Positions 10,417 through 20,807 of a stretch of DNA of 64,000 nt are shown here, piece after piece. Both the position numbers and the translations under genes were made by a program. Numbering within the stretch: the first letter of the stretch is position 1; each line of letters starts with the position of its first letter. The notes beneath the pieces were generated by a model, which saw only the letters and a program-made list of their open reading frames with translations, had not been told where the DNA came from and made no database searches. Origin of the DNA: Bacillota bacterium (GTDB lineage Bacteria; Bacillota; Clostridia; Oscillospirales; Ruminococcaceae); NCBI GenBank assembly GCA_023418925.1, contig JAEZYS010000009.1, positions 10,516 to 74,515 on the forward strand. The letters run 5' to 3'.

Positions 10417-12495
10417 ATGAAGACAACAAAGAGAATAGTTTCATTATCACTTGCAGCCGTTATTGCAGCAAGCTGTTTAGGAACAAGCACTTTTGCCGCA
10501 AACGACGGCATTAATCAAAGCGCAATAAAAAGCTCCATTGTTACCGGAGTTCTTTCTAAAACAACAAAACCAGAAACTCAGCCAATAGGTCCGGTTCCTT
10601 TTGACACTTCCACAGAAGAGGGCAAGAAGGCACAGGAAAAGTTCAAGAAAATTACCCCTGTTGCAAAGATAACAGAAGATGAATATGGATATAATAAGGT
10701 TTACTGCCAAAAGATTGACCATGCAATATTATACAATATTTACAGAAAAGGTCCTAAGGACAAAGCATACCTAAAAGTGGCTTCATCAATTTCAAATGAA
10801 TGGTATGATGAAGAAGTATATGATTATGGAAACTATAGCTACAAAATTGAGGCCGTTTCAGCTAACTATAACGATGTAATTATAAAAACTGAAAAATCTA
10901 AGCCTGTTACATATACTGAGGATTGGCCTTTTGCTGATCCTGATTTGTTTGTATATCGAGAAATTGAAGATGCTGAACAAGGCGAAGGCGTCGAATATGA
11001 AGAAGAAACTTGTGCAGCCGTTCCAGCATGTGATAATGCATCCAGTTCAATTATACCATACTACTATTATGAAAACACAGAGGAATATACAAAATCAGAG
11101 GAAACAGGCTTTAAGTCTGTAAAGAATTATCCTCTTTCAACTTTTTCAGCTGACGTTGATACAGCTTCATATGCAAACCTCAGAAGACTTATAAATTCTA
11201 ATGATTACATTACTGAGGATGCTGTTAGAGTTGAGGAAATGCTCAACTACTTCAATTATGATTATGCTGTTCCGACCAAAGCAAACCAGCCTTTCGCTGT
11301 AACAAAGGAAATTACAGACTGCCCATGGAATAAGGACACAAAGCTTTTACATATCGGCGTTCAGGGCAAGGATATTTCAAGCGACAAGCTCCCTGCTTCA
11401 AACTATGTTTTCCTTGTTGACGTGAGCGGATCAATGTACAGCCCTGATAAGCTTGACCTTGTAAAGACAACAATCAAGAAGCTTTCAAAGACGCTTTCCG
11501 AAAATGACAGAGTTTCAATAGTTGCATATTCGGGATATGATCTTACTGTTCTTGAGGGTGCAAGAGGAACACAGGTGAAAACAATATCAATGGTTATGGA
11601 TGCTCTTGAGTCGGACGGCTGCACAGCAGGCGAATCAGCTATTAATTCCGCTTATGCTCTTGCTGAAAAGTATTATATCAAGGGCGGAAACAACCGTATA
11701 ATCCTTGCAACAGACGGCGACCTCAACGTTGGTATTTCCGATCCTGAAGAACTCAAGGAATTTATTGCTGAAAAGAGAAAGAAAGACATCTATCTTTCAG
11801 TTCTCGGCTACGGCACAGGCAATATCAAGGACGACAACATGGAAGCTCTTGCTGACAACGGTGACGGCAACTATTACTATATTGATACCGAACAGGAAGC
11901 ACAGAAGGTTCTTGTTGAAGAAAACAAGGGCACACTTTATACAATAGCTGACGACGTAAAATTCCAGGTCGAATTCAATCCTGCACAGGTCAAGGGTTAC
12001 AGACTTGTAGGTTACTACAACAGAATGCTCAACACAGAAGATTTTGCTGATGATAAAAAAGACGCTGGCGATGTTGGTGTCGGACACAATGTAACAGCAG
12101 TTTACGAAATTGTTCCTGTTGGCAGCAAGATGAAGATTGAAGGTTCTGACCTCAAATATCAGAAAACCGAAAGTAAAACTGCTTCAACAGGCAGCGAATG
12201 GGCAACAATAAACCTCAGATACAAGAACCCAACCGAAAAGAAATCAAAGCTTATTTCTGTACCAGTTACAAGCAATGATCTTACAACAAAAATGAGCGCA
12301 GATTCGACATTCAGATGTGCTGTAATTGAGTTCTCGATGATACTAAGGGAAAGTGAATTCAAGGGTACATCTTCAACAACTGGCGTTCTTGATCTCCTTG
12401 ACAACTATGATTATTCAAAGGACATATACAAGAATGAATTTATCGGGCTTGTTAAAAAGTATGTTCAGGACTATCAGAGCAAATCAGATAAATAA
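10417..12495 (+). CDS. Secreted von Willebrand factor A domain protein, YfbK-like (vWA + DUF3520)
   Basis: Signal peptide MKTTKRIVSLSLAAVIAASCLG. vWA MIDAS motif DVSGSM. Region VGYYNRMLNTEDFADDKKDAGDVGVGHNVTAVYEIVP is typical of YfbK-type proteins. RBS AAAGGA is positioned for the ATG at 10417. Confidence 0.75.
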   Translation: MKTTKRIVSLSLAAVIAASCLGTSTFAANDGINQSAIKSSIVTGVLSKTTKPETQPIGPVPFDTSTEEGKKAQEKFKKITPVAKITEDEYGYNKVYCQKIDHAILYNIYRKGPKDKAYLKVASSISNEWYDEEVYDYGNYSYKIEAVSANYNDVIIKTEKSKPVTYTEDWPFADPDLFVYREIEDAEQGEGVEYEEETCAAVPACDNASSSIIPYYYYENTEEYTKSEETGFKSVKNYPLSTFSADVDTASYANLRRLINSNDYITEDAVRVEEMLNYFNYDYAVPTKANQPFAVTKEITDCPWNKDTKLLHIGVQGKDISSDKLPASNYVFLVDVSGSMYSPDKLDLVKTTIKKLSKTLSENDRVSIVAYSGYDLTVLEGARGTQVKTISMVMDALESDGCTAGESAINSAYALAEKYYIKGGNNRIILATDGDLNVGISDPEELKEFIAEKRKKDIYLSVLGYGTGNIKDDNMEALADNGDGNYYYIDTEQEAQKVLVEENKGTLYTIADDVKFQVEFNPAQVKGYRLVGYYNRMLNTEDFADDKKDAGDVGVGHNVTAVYEIVPVGSKMKIEGSDLKYQKTESKTASTGSEWATINLRYKNPTEKKSKLISVPVTSNDLTTKMSADSTFRCAVIEFSMILRESEFKGTSSTTGVLDLLDNYDYSKDIYKNEFIGLVKKYVQDYQSKSDK

Positions 12496-12670
12496 TTTCT
12501 AATCTGACATTATCACTCCTTTAAATATTTTGCAGAAGCACCACTGAATAGGCGGTGCTTTTGTCTAATAAAGAAAGATATTTTCTGGTTTTTTTATCTT
12601 GACATTTTATGTAATGCGTGTTATTATATATTGTATAATATATAATCTATTATAGTGAGGTGATTATTAC

Positions 12671-12814
12671 ATGGATTTATTAATCGAAGCCATTCTCGAA
12701 GGTATTGGTGCATTAGTTGAGTTTACTCTTGACGGTCTGATTAACCTGCTTACAAAAGCAAGAAAGAAAATCCGCCGGCATGAAAAGATTAAAGCATATA
12801 AACATAAGCCATAA
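12671..12814 (+). CDS. Small ORF, 47-aa amphipathic peptide (MDLLIEAILEGIGALVEFTLDGLINLLTKARKKIRRHEKIKAYKHKP)
   Basis: Not in the ORF track (<60 aa). Hydrophobic-periodic N-terminal helix and basic tail. Paralogous N-terminus to the next small ORF. Confidence 0.3.
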   Translation: MDLLIEAILEGIGALVEFTLDGLINLLTKARKKIRRHEKIKAYKHKP

Positions 12815-12840
12815 ACCCACTTTAATATGAGGTGACAAGT

Positions 12841-12921
12841 ATGGACGACATTATTGAAGGAATTTTTGAAATCATATTTGCAATTATTGACGCTGTAAAT
12901 GAGTCAAAGAGAATGTTTTAA
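12841..12921 (+). CDS. Small ORF, 26-aa peptide (MDDIIEGIFEIIFAIIDAVNESKRMF)
   Basis: Second small ORF 27 nt downstream of the first. It shares the MD-hIE-IhE-Ih pattern with the 47-aa ORF. Confidence 0.3.
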   Translation: MDDIIEGIFEIIFAIIDAVNESKRMF

Positions 12922-12939
12922 AGTTGTTTTATTCTATAT

Positions 12940-12980
12940 AAAAAACCCGATGTGAAGAAATATCCACATCGGGTTTTGTT
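12940..12980. terminator. Bidirectional rho-independent terminator between the small ORFs (+) and ilvC (-)
   Basis: AAAAAACCCGATGTG-aagaaatat-CACATCGGGTTTTGTT: 9-bp GC-rich stem flanked by an A-run upstream and a T-run downstream. Confidence 0.8.
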
Positions 12981-13000
12981 ATACTTATTCTAGTTTAGAA

Positions 13001-14128
<1,128 letters not shown>

Positions 14129-14169
14129 TTAATTTTTTATATATTTCTATCGTGAAATAGTATAAGGGA

Positions 14170-14661
14170 TTATTTCTTGATTGTTTCTGCACCCTTCTGT
14201 ATAGCTATAACACCTGTGCGGACGATTTCCTTTATTCCGTAAGGCTTTATAAGCTCCTCAAATCTTACAAGATTTTCGGTTGTATCCGATATTTCAATTG
14301 TAAGTGTTGTTGTCGAAATATCGATAATCTTTGAACCCATTATCTCACAAATGGTAAGAATTTCACTTCTCTGTACAGGTGTGCAGTTTATTTTTATAAG
14401 CTGCAGTTCCCTTGATATAAGTTCATCTTTTTCAAGAGCCTTTACCTTTATTGTGTCAATAAGCTTGTTGAGCTGTTTTTCAAGCTGCTCAACCATATAT
14501 TCGTCACCATCTGCAACGATTGTAACTCTTGATACAGCAGGGTCATCTGTAACCCCCACAGCAAGACTGTCTATGTTAAAACCTCTGCGTGAGAACAGTC
14601 CGGAAATTCTTGACAGCACTCCTGCATGGTTTTCAACTAAAATTGATATTGTATGCTTCAT
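14170..14661 (-). CDS. ilvN: Acetolactate synthase small (regulatory) subunit
   Basis: MKHTISILVENHAGVLSRISGLFSRRGFNIDSLAVGVTDD is a canonical ACT-domain IlvH/IlvN N-terminus. Confidence 0.9.
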   Translation of the reverse strand: MKHTISILVENHAGVLSRISGLFSRRGFNIDSLAVGVTDDPAVSRVTIVADGDEYMVEQLEKQLNKLIDTIKVKALEKDELISRELQLIKINCTPVQRSEILTICEIMGSKIIDISTTTLTIEISDTTENLVRFEELIKPYGIKEIVRTGVIAIQKGAETIKK

Positions 14662-14719
14662 AACTAACCCTATGCTTTCCTAAGGAAAGCACCGCTCCTT
14701 TCACGGTGTTTGAATTGAT

Positions 14720-15133
14720 TTACTGAACCAGCCATAGCTTTGCCTTTTCAAAATCACTGATGAATGCACATCTATATTGTGGCGGATAAATCGCCATTGC
14801 CATTTTAATGAGCTTTTTGCCCTTTGAATCAAGCCCTGTATAAACAACCCTTGTAACAGCATATCCCGCTTCCTGCAAAGTTCTTGCAAAAATAACGGCA
14901 AGGTCAGGAGTAATAAGCGTCTCATTGAGATTCATTGCAACAACTGATGGCGTTGACGGTCTTCTCACTGACTTCATATCCTGCAGAAATTTGTGTTTAA
15001 CAATATCGGTATGTACGGAGAGTGCGTCAAGATCTTCGCACCACACCTCACCGCCTCCGAAAAACATTGCAAATGATCTGCGGATTATAAGCTTGTCTCT
15101 TGGAATGATTTTAACAGTTTTCTGAAAAAACAT
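14720..15133 (-). CDS. Hypothetical 137-aa protein between ilvB and ilvN
   Basis: ORF fills the ilvB-ilvN intergenic space in the same orientation. No motif recognised. Confidence 0.35.
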   Translation of the reverse strand: MFFQKTVKIIPRDKLIIRRSFAMFFGGGEVWCEDLDALSVHTDIVKHKFLQDMKSVRRPSTPSVVAMNLNETLITPDLAVIFARTLQEAGYAVTRVVYTGLDSKGKKLIKMAMAIYPPQYRCAFISDFEKAKLWLVQ

Positions 15134-15217
15134 AAACTTCAGGATTCCTATCTATATAGTATCATACAAGAAAGTATAAGTAAAATGCATATTTTTTATA
15201 ATAAGTATAACCTCACG

Positions 15218-16831
15218 TTAAAGCGATGTTTCATACTTATAAACATTGCATTCTATAAAATAAGGGCCTTCTGCACTGACAAGCCTTTTTATAGCGTCAT
15301 CTGCCTCAGCATAAGATGTTACTCTTTCGGATGGGATTCCATAAGCATTTGTCAAGGCAACAAAATCCGGACTTCCGTCTAGATGTACACCAATCTGGTG
15401 GTCTTTATAAAGCTTTGTCTGTAGTTCTCTTACCATACCTAGCTTATTGTTGCGCATAAGAATTATCTTGATCGGCAGTTTTTCCTGAACAATTGTAGCA
15501 AGCTCCATCATCTGCATCTGGAATGACCCGTCGCCGCAGACAGCAATAACTTCATTTGACATATCCGCCATCTTTGCGCCAACTGCACAAGGAATACTGT
15601 ATCCCATTGTACCCATTCCGCCGCTTGTTAGAAAACGTCCATTCTTTATTATAAAATTATTGCATGTCCAGATCTGATTCTGTCCGACATCTGCACAGCA
15701 GACTGTATTTTCAGGCATAGCCTCGGATAGTTTTCTTAAAAACATTTTCGGGTTGATATACCCTTCTGTTTCATTTTGTACAGGGATATTGTTACTGATG
15801 TTTTTAAGTTCATCAATCCATGTTGTTCTGTCAATAACAGAAATATGCTCACAAAGCTGTGAAAGAATATTTCTGCAGTCACCAACAAGCGGAATATCCG
15901 TCTTTATGTTCTTCCCTATTTCCGCAGGGTCAATATCAATGTGTATAATCTTCTTTGTCTGTGCAAGGAATTCAGGTGAAGTGACTGCTCTGTCTCCAAC
16001 TTTTGCACCAATAAGAATCATTGTATCACATTTGCTTACGGCTATATTGGCAGATTTCATCCCATGCATTCCAAGCATTCCGAAATAAAGCGGGTGTTCT
16101 GACGGGAAGAGACTTAAGCCCATCATTGTTGAAACGGCAGGAATCTGTGTTTTTTCGGCAAATTCCCTGAGTTCCTTTGTAGCACCTGCTGAAAAAACTC
16201 CGCCACCTGCGCAGATAAGAGGGCGTTCTGATTTTGCAAGAGCGTCACAGACACGCTTTATCTGTAATGTGTTTCCCTTGACAGTAGGCTTGTACGAACG
16301 AAGCTCAACTGTTTCTGGATATGTGAAATCAATAAGTGTATTCTGAATATCAACAGGGACGTCAATCAATACAGGTCCGGGACGTCCTGTTCCTGCAATA
16401 TGGAAAGCTTCCTTGAATACTTTTGGAAGTTCCTTTGCGTCCTTAATAAGATAGCTGTATTTAATAAACGGTTCAGCAGCTCCTGTGATGTCCGCTTCCT
16501 GAAAAACGTCACAGCCAATCTGGTCTGTTGAAACCTGACCTGTTATAGCAATAATCGGAATACTGTCACTGTAAGCTGTTGCAATGGCAGTAAGCAGGTT
16601 TGTTGCACCAGGGCCTGAGGTTGCAATACATACAGCGGGCTTCCCTGTAATTCTTGAATAACCGCTTGCGGCATGACCGGCATTTGCTTCATGTCTTACA
16701 AGAACATGCCTTATATCAGACCTGAAAAGCTCATCATAAAAAGGGCATATAGCCGCTCCTGGGTAACCAAAGACGACCTTTATGCCCTCTTTCTCCAGAC
16801 ATTTTACCATCGCTTCTGCGGCTTTGATCAT
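15218..16831 (-). CDS. ilvB: Acetolactate synthase large (catalytic) subunit
   Basis: 537 aa. N-terminal MIKAAEAMVKCLEKEGIKVVFGYPGAAI...HEANAGHAASGYSRITGKPAVCIATSGPGATNL. TPP-binding GDGSFQM motif near the C-terminus. AGGAG RBS. Confidence 0.95.
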   Translation of the reverse strand: MIKAAEAMVKCLEKEGIKVVFGYPGAAICPFYDELFRSDIRHVLVRHEANAGHAASGYSRITGKPAVCIATSGPGATNLLTAIATAYSDSIPIIAITGQVSTDQIGCDVFQEADITGAAEPFIKYSYLIKDAKELPKVFKEAFHIAGTGRPGPVLIDVPVDIQNTLIDFTYPETVELRSYKPTVKGNTLQIKRVCDALAKSERPLICAGGGVFSAGATKELREFAEKTQIPAVSTMMGLSLFPSEHPLYFGMLGMHGMKSANIAVSKCDTMILIGAKVGDRAVTSPEFLAQTKKIIHIDIDPAEIGKNIKTDIPLVGDCRNILSQLCEHISVIDRTTWIDELKNISNNIPVQNETEGYINPKMFLRKLSEAMPENTVCCADVGQNQIWTCNNFIIKNGRFLTSGGMGTMGYSIPCAVGAKMADMSNEVIAVCGDGSFQMQMMELATIVQEKLPIKIILMRNNKLGMVRELQTKLYKDHQIGVHLDGSPDFVALTNAYGIPSERVTSYAEADDAIKRLVSAEGPYFIECNVYKYETSL

Positions 16832-17012
16832 CTTTAATCACTCCTTGTTTTAATAGTAATTTGCATTATATAATAATTCATTTATATAATTACATACTAT
16901 TTATTATATTGCTATCACGGCCTTTAGTCAAGCATTTACAATGATATATATTTTAATTATCTTTTATCTGGTATATAATTTTGCTGATAACAAAGTCATT
17001 TTTAATGCATAT

Positions 17013-17056
17013 GCACAAAAAAGTCTGCCGTCCCGAAGGCTGGCAGACTTTTATTT
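17013..17056. terminator. Bidirectional terminator downstream of the CPA2 antiporter gene
   Basis: AAAAAAGTCTGCC-gtcccgaaggct-GGCAGACTTTTATTTT: 7-bp stem with flanking A-run and T-run. Confidence 0.7.
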
Positions 17057-18279
17057 TACGTATTTGTAGGCTGAACATCAATTTTCGGAATTTCTGTTGT
17101 ATCGTCCGATTTCTTTTCACCCTTATACAAGAGCTTTAATAATATTGGTGTCGAAATTGACGAGCATATAATCAGCAAGATTACTGATGTGAAATAAACA
17201 GGATCCATAAGTCCTACTGCCAATCCCTTCTGGGCAACAATAAGTGCGACTTCTCCTCTTGTCATCATTCCAACGCCAACCTTCAAGCTGTCCTTTCCGC
17301 TTAATTTACATACTCTTGCCGCAAGTCCGCAGCCAATTATCTTAGTGACAAGTGCAACAAGTACGAAGGCAACTGAGAATATAAGAAGTTCTGAATCAAT
17401 TCCGCTGAACTCTGTTTTTAGCCCGATACTTGCAAAGAATATCGGTCCGAACAGCATATATGAGCTAATATCCATTTTTTCTGCAATATAGTTGCTGTCC
17501 TTGAGGTTGCAGAGAATAATACCTGCAACATATGCACCGGTGATATCTGCAATGCCAAACCATGCCTCTGCAATATATGCAAGTGCCATACAAAGAGCAA
17601 GCCCCAGAATAGGAATTCTTCTCTGATGAGCATATCTTTTATCAAGGAACTTGAATATCTTGTAGATAATAAATCCGACTACAGCGCTGAATACAAAGAA
17701 CAGCACTGTGCTGATAATAACCTTGAAAGGGCTTGATCCCAGTGTCTTGAAGCCGATAACAAATGTAAGAACAATAATTCCGATAACATCGTCGATTATT
17801 GCAGCACTCATTATAAGCGTTCCAATCTTCCCTTTAAGATGCCCCAGTTCCCTAAGCGCCTGAACTGTAATACTTACAGATGTAGCTGTCATGATCGTTC
17901 CAACGAAAATTGCCCTGTAAAACTGTTCTGAACCTACTTCTGCAAATCCGAAGAAGCATGAATACAGTACACCTCCTCCGATAAGCGGAACAAACACTCC
18001 GACACATGCTATAAACAACGCTACAGGCCCCGTCTTGAGAAGATCCTTGAGGTCTGTTTCAAGTCCTGCCGAGAACATCAGCAATATAACTCCGACTTCT
18101 GCCATCTGAACAAGAAAGTCCGACTTGCCCACAATACCGAGAATACTTGGACCTATTATAAGACCTGCAATAATTTCTCCGACAACCTGCGGCGCTTTCA
18201 GCTTTTTTGCAAGAAGCCCAAATCCCTTTGCCGCAATAACGATAATTGCAAGATCACGAAGATAACCGAATGTTTCCAT
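17056..18279 (-). CDS. Monovalent cation:proton antiporter (CPA2 family, KefB/NapA-like)
   Basis: 407 aa polytopic protein. N-terminal METFGYLRDLAIIVIAAKGFGLLAKKLKAPQVVGEIIAGLIIGPS is typical of Na+/H+ exchanger family proteins. Confidence 0.8.
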   Translation of the reverse strand: METFGYLRDLAIIVIAAKGFGLLAKKLKAPQVVGEIIAGLIIGPSILGIVGKSDFLVQMAEVGVILLMFSAGLETDLKDLLKTGPVALFIACVGVFVPLIGGGVLYSCFFGFAEVGSEQFYRAIFVGTIMTATSVSITVQALRELGHLKGKIGTLIMSAAIIDDVIGIIVLTFVIGFKTLGSSPFKVIISTVLFFVFSAVVGFIIYKIFKFLDKRYAHQRRIPILGLALCMALAYIAEAWFGIADITGAYVAGIILCNLKDSNYIAEKMDISSYMLFGPIFFASIGLKTEFSGIDSELLIFSVAFVLVALVTKIIGCGLAARVCKLSGKDSLKVGVGMMTRGEVALIVAQKGLAVGLMDPVYFTSVILLIICSSISTPILLKLLYKGEKKSDDTTEIPKIDVQPTNT

Positions 18280-18404
18280 AATAGTCTCTACTTCCTTTTT
18301 TCTATTTATTTTTTACGAGTTTTGTGGATTACGTCAGAAACACAAAACCAACTTTCTAAAAACTATCAAACATATACCCATTTATGTTATGACGCAAAAT
18401 ATAT

Positions 18405-18452
18405 GGGATTCAAGTCTATTGTGCACCGCATGACTTGAATCCCATATTGTTA
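18405..18452. repeat. Perfect 14-bp-stem inverted repeat in a long AT-rich intergenic region
   Basis: ATATGGGATTCAAGTC-tattgtgcaccgcatg-ACTTGAATCCCATATTG, inside a 770-bp non-coding stretch (18280-19051). Confidence 0.5.
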
Positions 18453-19051
18453 TGAAACATTACGTTTTGTAACTGTCCCTTTGCATACTGTGCAAATATA
18501 GCAAACATAGTTTTTTGAGTCTGAATACTTATACTGTCACCGCAATACTCATCGTTGCGGCTCAAGCTGTAATATAATGCAGTTAATTGTTCCTTATATT
18601 AAATTTTGCCATTAAAAGTCCTTTCCAAATAGTAACTTAGGACTTTTGTGTATCTTAATTATACTCAGAAAGTCGAAATTTGTAAAGTGATTCTATAAAT
18701 CTTCTGCTGTAAGAAAATTTTACCTTACTTTTATTACCATAACGAGAAATGAACTTTCGTAAGATGATCCAAAGTTGAAATTCAATAATATATCTTGCTG
18801 TTTGAAAATACAGGTGTAATAGCATTGATATAAAGGGTTGATTTATCAAAAGAATTGTTGTAAAATACTATTGTCAATTAACGACAAATATAAATTTAGT
18901 TTCTGTGCTATATATAACCAAACATATGCGAGAGAAAGATCATGTAAATTTTTATCAGTATTTTTTTAAGTTGCACATTTTAATGCAACTTTTAACCGTT
19001 TAACTCCTGTTATTGAAAGGGCAAGTCCTTATCATAAAATAGGAGATGTAA

Positions 19052-20416
19052 ATGATGACAGAAGAAAACTTTAATTACCGAACAAGCCCATTTCTTTTAA
19101 GAAATCAATTTAAGGGAACAGGAATATTTAAAATTCCTATTATTCCAAAAGCACAATTTTCAGATGTCGAGTTCCAAGACTTGCTGTTGATTGGCTTTGA
19201 CCGTACCAATCTTGAAAACAACAATAATCTTGACAGAATGGTACACTTTTTTCTATATGATTATAAGTTTGAGCGTGTGTGGAAAAATCCAGATACTGAT
19301 ATTGAGAAATTAAAGCGCTATCGGGCGGTTTTGTCACCAGATTTTAGTATGTACTTAGAAATGTCACCGACTATGCAATTATATAATACATTTCGCAATC
19401 GTTGGTGTGGTGCATACTTTGCTTCTAAAGGGATTCGTGTTATTCCGACAGTAAGTTGGGGTGATGAAAGCACATTTGATTTTTGCTTTGATGGCATAGA
19501 AAAAGGCAGTACGGTTGCGGTATCTACATATATGGTTAGTGAACATAATAACCATGCTGATCAAAAAGAGTTCTTTTTAAACGGGTACAATGAAATGCTG
19601 AGACGTATTGAACCAGAAAAAGTCATTTGCTATAACCAGCCTTTTTCGGAGATGCAGGGAAATATTATATTTGTGGATTATGAACTATCCTCATGGAAAT
19701 ATCAAAATGATGAATATGTTCCGTCAAAATATATTGACTATATTTTAGGAAATAAGGCGTTGCCAAACGGAAGTAATATCATTATTAAAACTGGAATCAT
19801 TACACGTGATGATACAAACTTCAAGGGAATGGGAAGTGCATACGGCGGAAAATGGAAGCCTAAGAAACCAGAAGATGAACGTTTTATGGGCAAACCTGGC
19901 GAAACAAAAACAACATATAAAAATGGGTATAAAATAGATACAAAAATCGGCGAGGACGGCTACGCAACAAAGGAACGGCATTATACTGATCATAACAAGC
20001 CATGGGCGCATACCAACCCACACGACCATTACATCAATTGGAAAAGCCCCAAGCCTGGCATTCCAAATTTTGAAAAACCAAATATTAATTATACTAATGA
20101 AATACCAGAGTTTAAGTATTATAAGGAGACAAACAATATGAATATTAGTTCAACCAACAGTTTTGAAGATAGCAGATTTAAAACGATAAGTGATTTCAAA
20201 GATTGCATGATTCGTGGTGGAGAAGTGGAGTTTATTTGGGAAGGTAAAGTGTACAATATTTCACACTATGATGGAAAAATTAGTATTAGTGAAGCATATA
20301 AACAGGAAACAGAAAAGTTATGTGATACGGATGATGAAGTTTTGGAGTATATGCTTGACGGGGAACTGCTACGCAATATCATTTCCAAGGTTGAAGTTAT
20401 AGACCGTACTATTTAA
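19052..20416 (+). CDS. DUF4417-like protein with distinct C-terminal ~85-aa module
   Basis: 454 aa. The N-terminal ~220 aa resemble the DUF4417 family (recalled, not searched). The C-terminal module (FKTISDFKDCMIRGGEVEFIWEGK...KVEVIDRTI) is repeated as the next ORF. Confidence 0.45.
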   Translation: MMTEENFNYRTSPFLLRNQFKGTGIFKIPIIPKAQFSDVEFQDLLLIGFDRTNLENNNNLDRMVHFFLYDYKFERVWKNPDTDIEKLKRYRAVLSPDFSMYLEMSPTMQLYNTFRNRWCGAYFASKGIRVIPTVSWGDESTFDFCFDGIEKGSTVAVSTYMVSEHNNHADQKEFFLNGYNEMLRRIEPEKVICYNQPFSEMQGNIIFVDYELSSWKYQNDEYVPSKYIDYILGNKALPNGSNIIIKTGIITRDDTNFKGMGSAYGGKWKPKKPEDERFMGKPGETKTTYKNGYKIDTKIGEDGYATKERHYTDHNKPWAHTNPHDHYINWKSPKPGIPNFEKPNINYTNEIPEFKYYKETNNMNISSTNSFEDSRFKTISDFKDCMIRGGEVEFIWEGKVYNISHYDGKISISEAYKQETEKLCDTDDEVLEYMLDGELLRNIISKVEVIDRTI

Positions 20417-20455
20417 TAGGAATTCATTCCATTAAATATCTATAAGAAAGGACTT

Positions 20456-20761
20456 ATGAATAAATCAAAAAATATTAATACATTGGATGACAGTTTAAAT
20501 TTTGACACCATAAGCGATTTTAAATGGTGTATGAGATGTGGCGGAGAAGTTGAGTTTTCATGGAATGGCAAACATTATTGTATGTTCGGTAAGCTTCAGA
20601 AAACGGAAACCTCAGAAGTACAGATGTGCATAAGTGAAGCGTATACGCCTGAAACCGAAAAATGGTGCGACACTGCCGATGAACTGCTTGATTATATCAT
20701 TGGTTCCGATAAATTAAGAGATATCATAACAAAGGTTAAGGTTATAGACCGTACTATTTAA
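20456..20761 (+). CDS. Stand-alone paralog of the C-terminal module of the upstream protein
   Basis: 101 aa. LNFDTISDFKWCMRCGGEVEFSWNGKHY...ISEAYTPETEKWCDTADELLDYIIGSDKLRDIITKVKVIDRTI aligns colinearly with residues ~370-454 of the 19052 ORF (about 45% identity). Own RBS (AAAGGA). Confidence 0.45.
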   Translation: MNKSKNINTLDDSLNFDTISDFKWCMRCGGEVEFSWNGKHYCMFGKLQKTETSEVQMCISEAYTPETEKWCDTADELLDYIIGSDKLRDIITKVKVIDRTI

Positions 20762-20807
20762 TTTAATGTAAATTGATTTTGCTAAACTTTCTATATAAGC
20801 ATAACTG

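Noticed and set aside
16832-17055. T-box or leader-peptide attenuator upstream of ilvB
   Set aside because: No AGGGTGGNACCGCG T-box core, no specifier-loop context, and no short Ile/Leu/Val-rich leader ORF were found.
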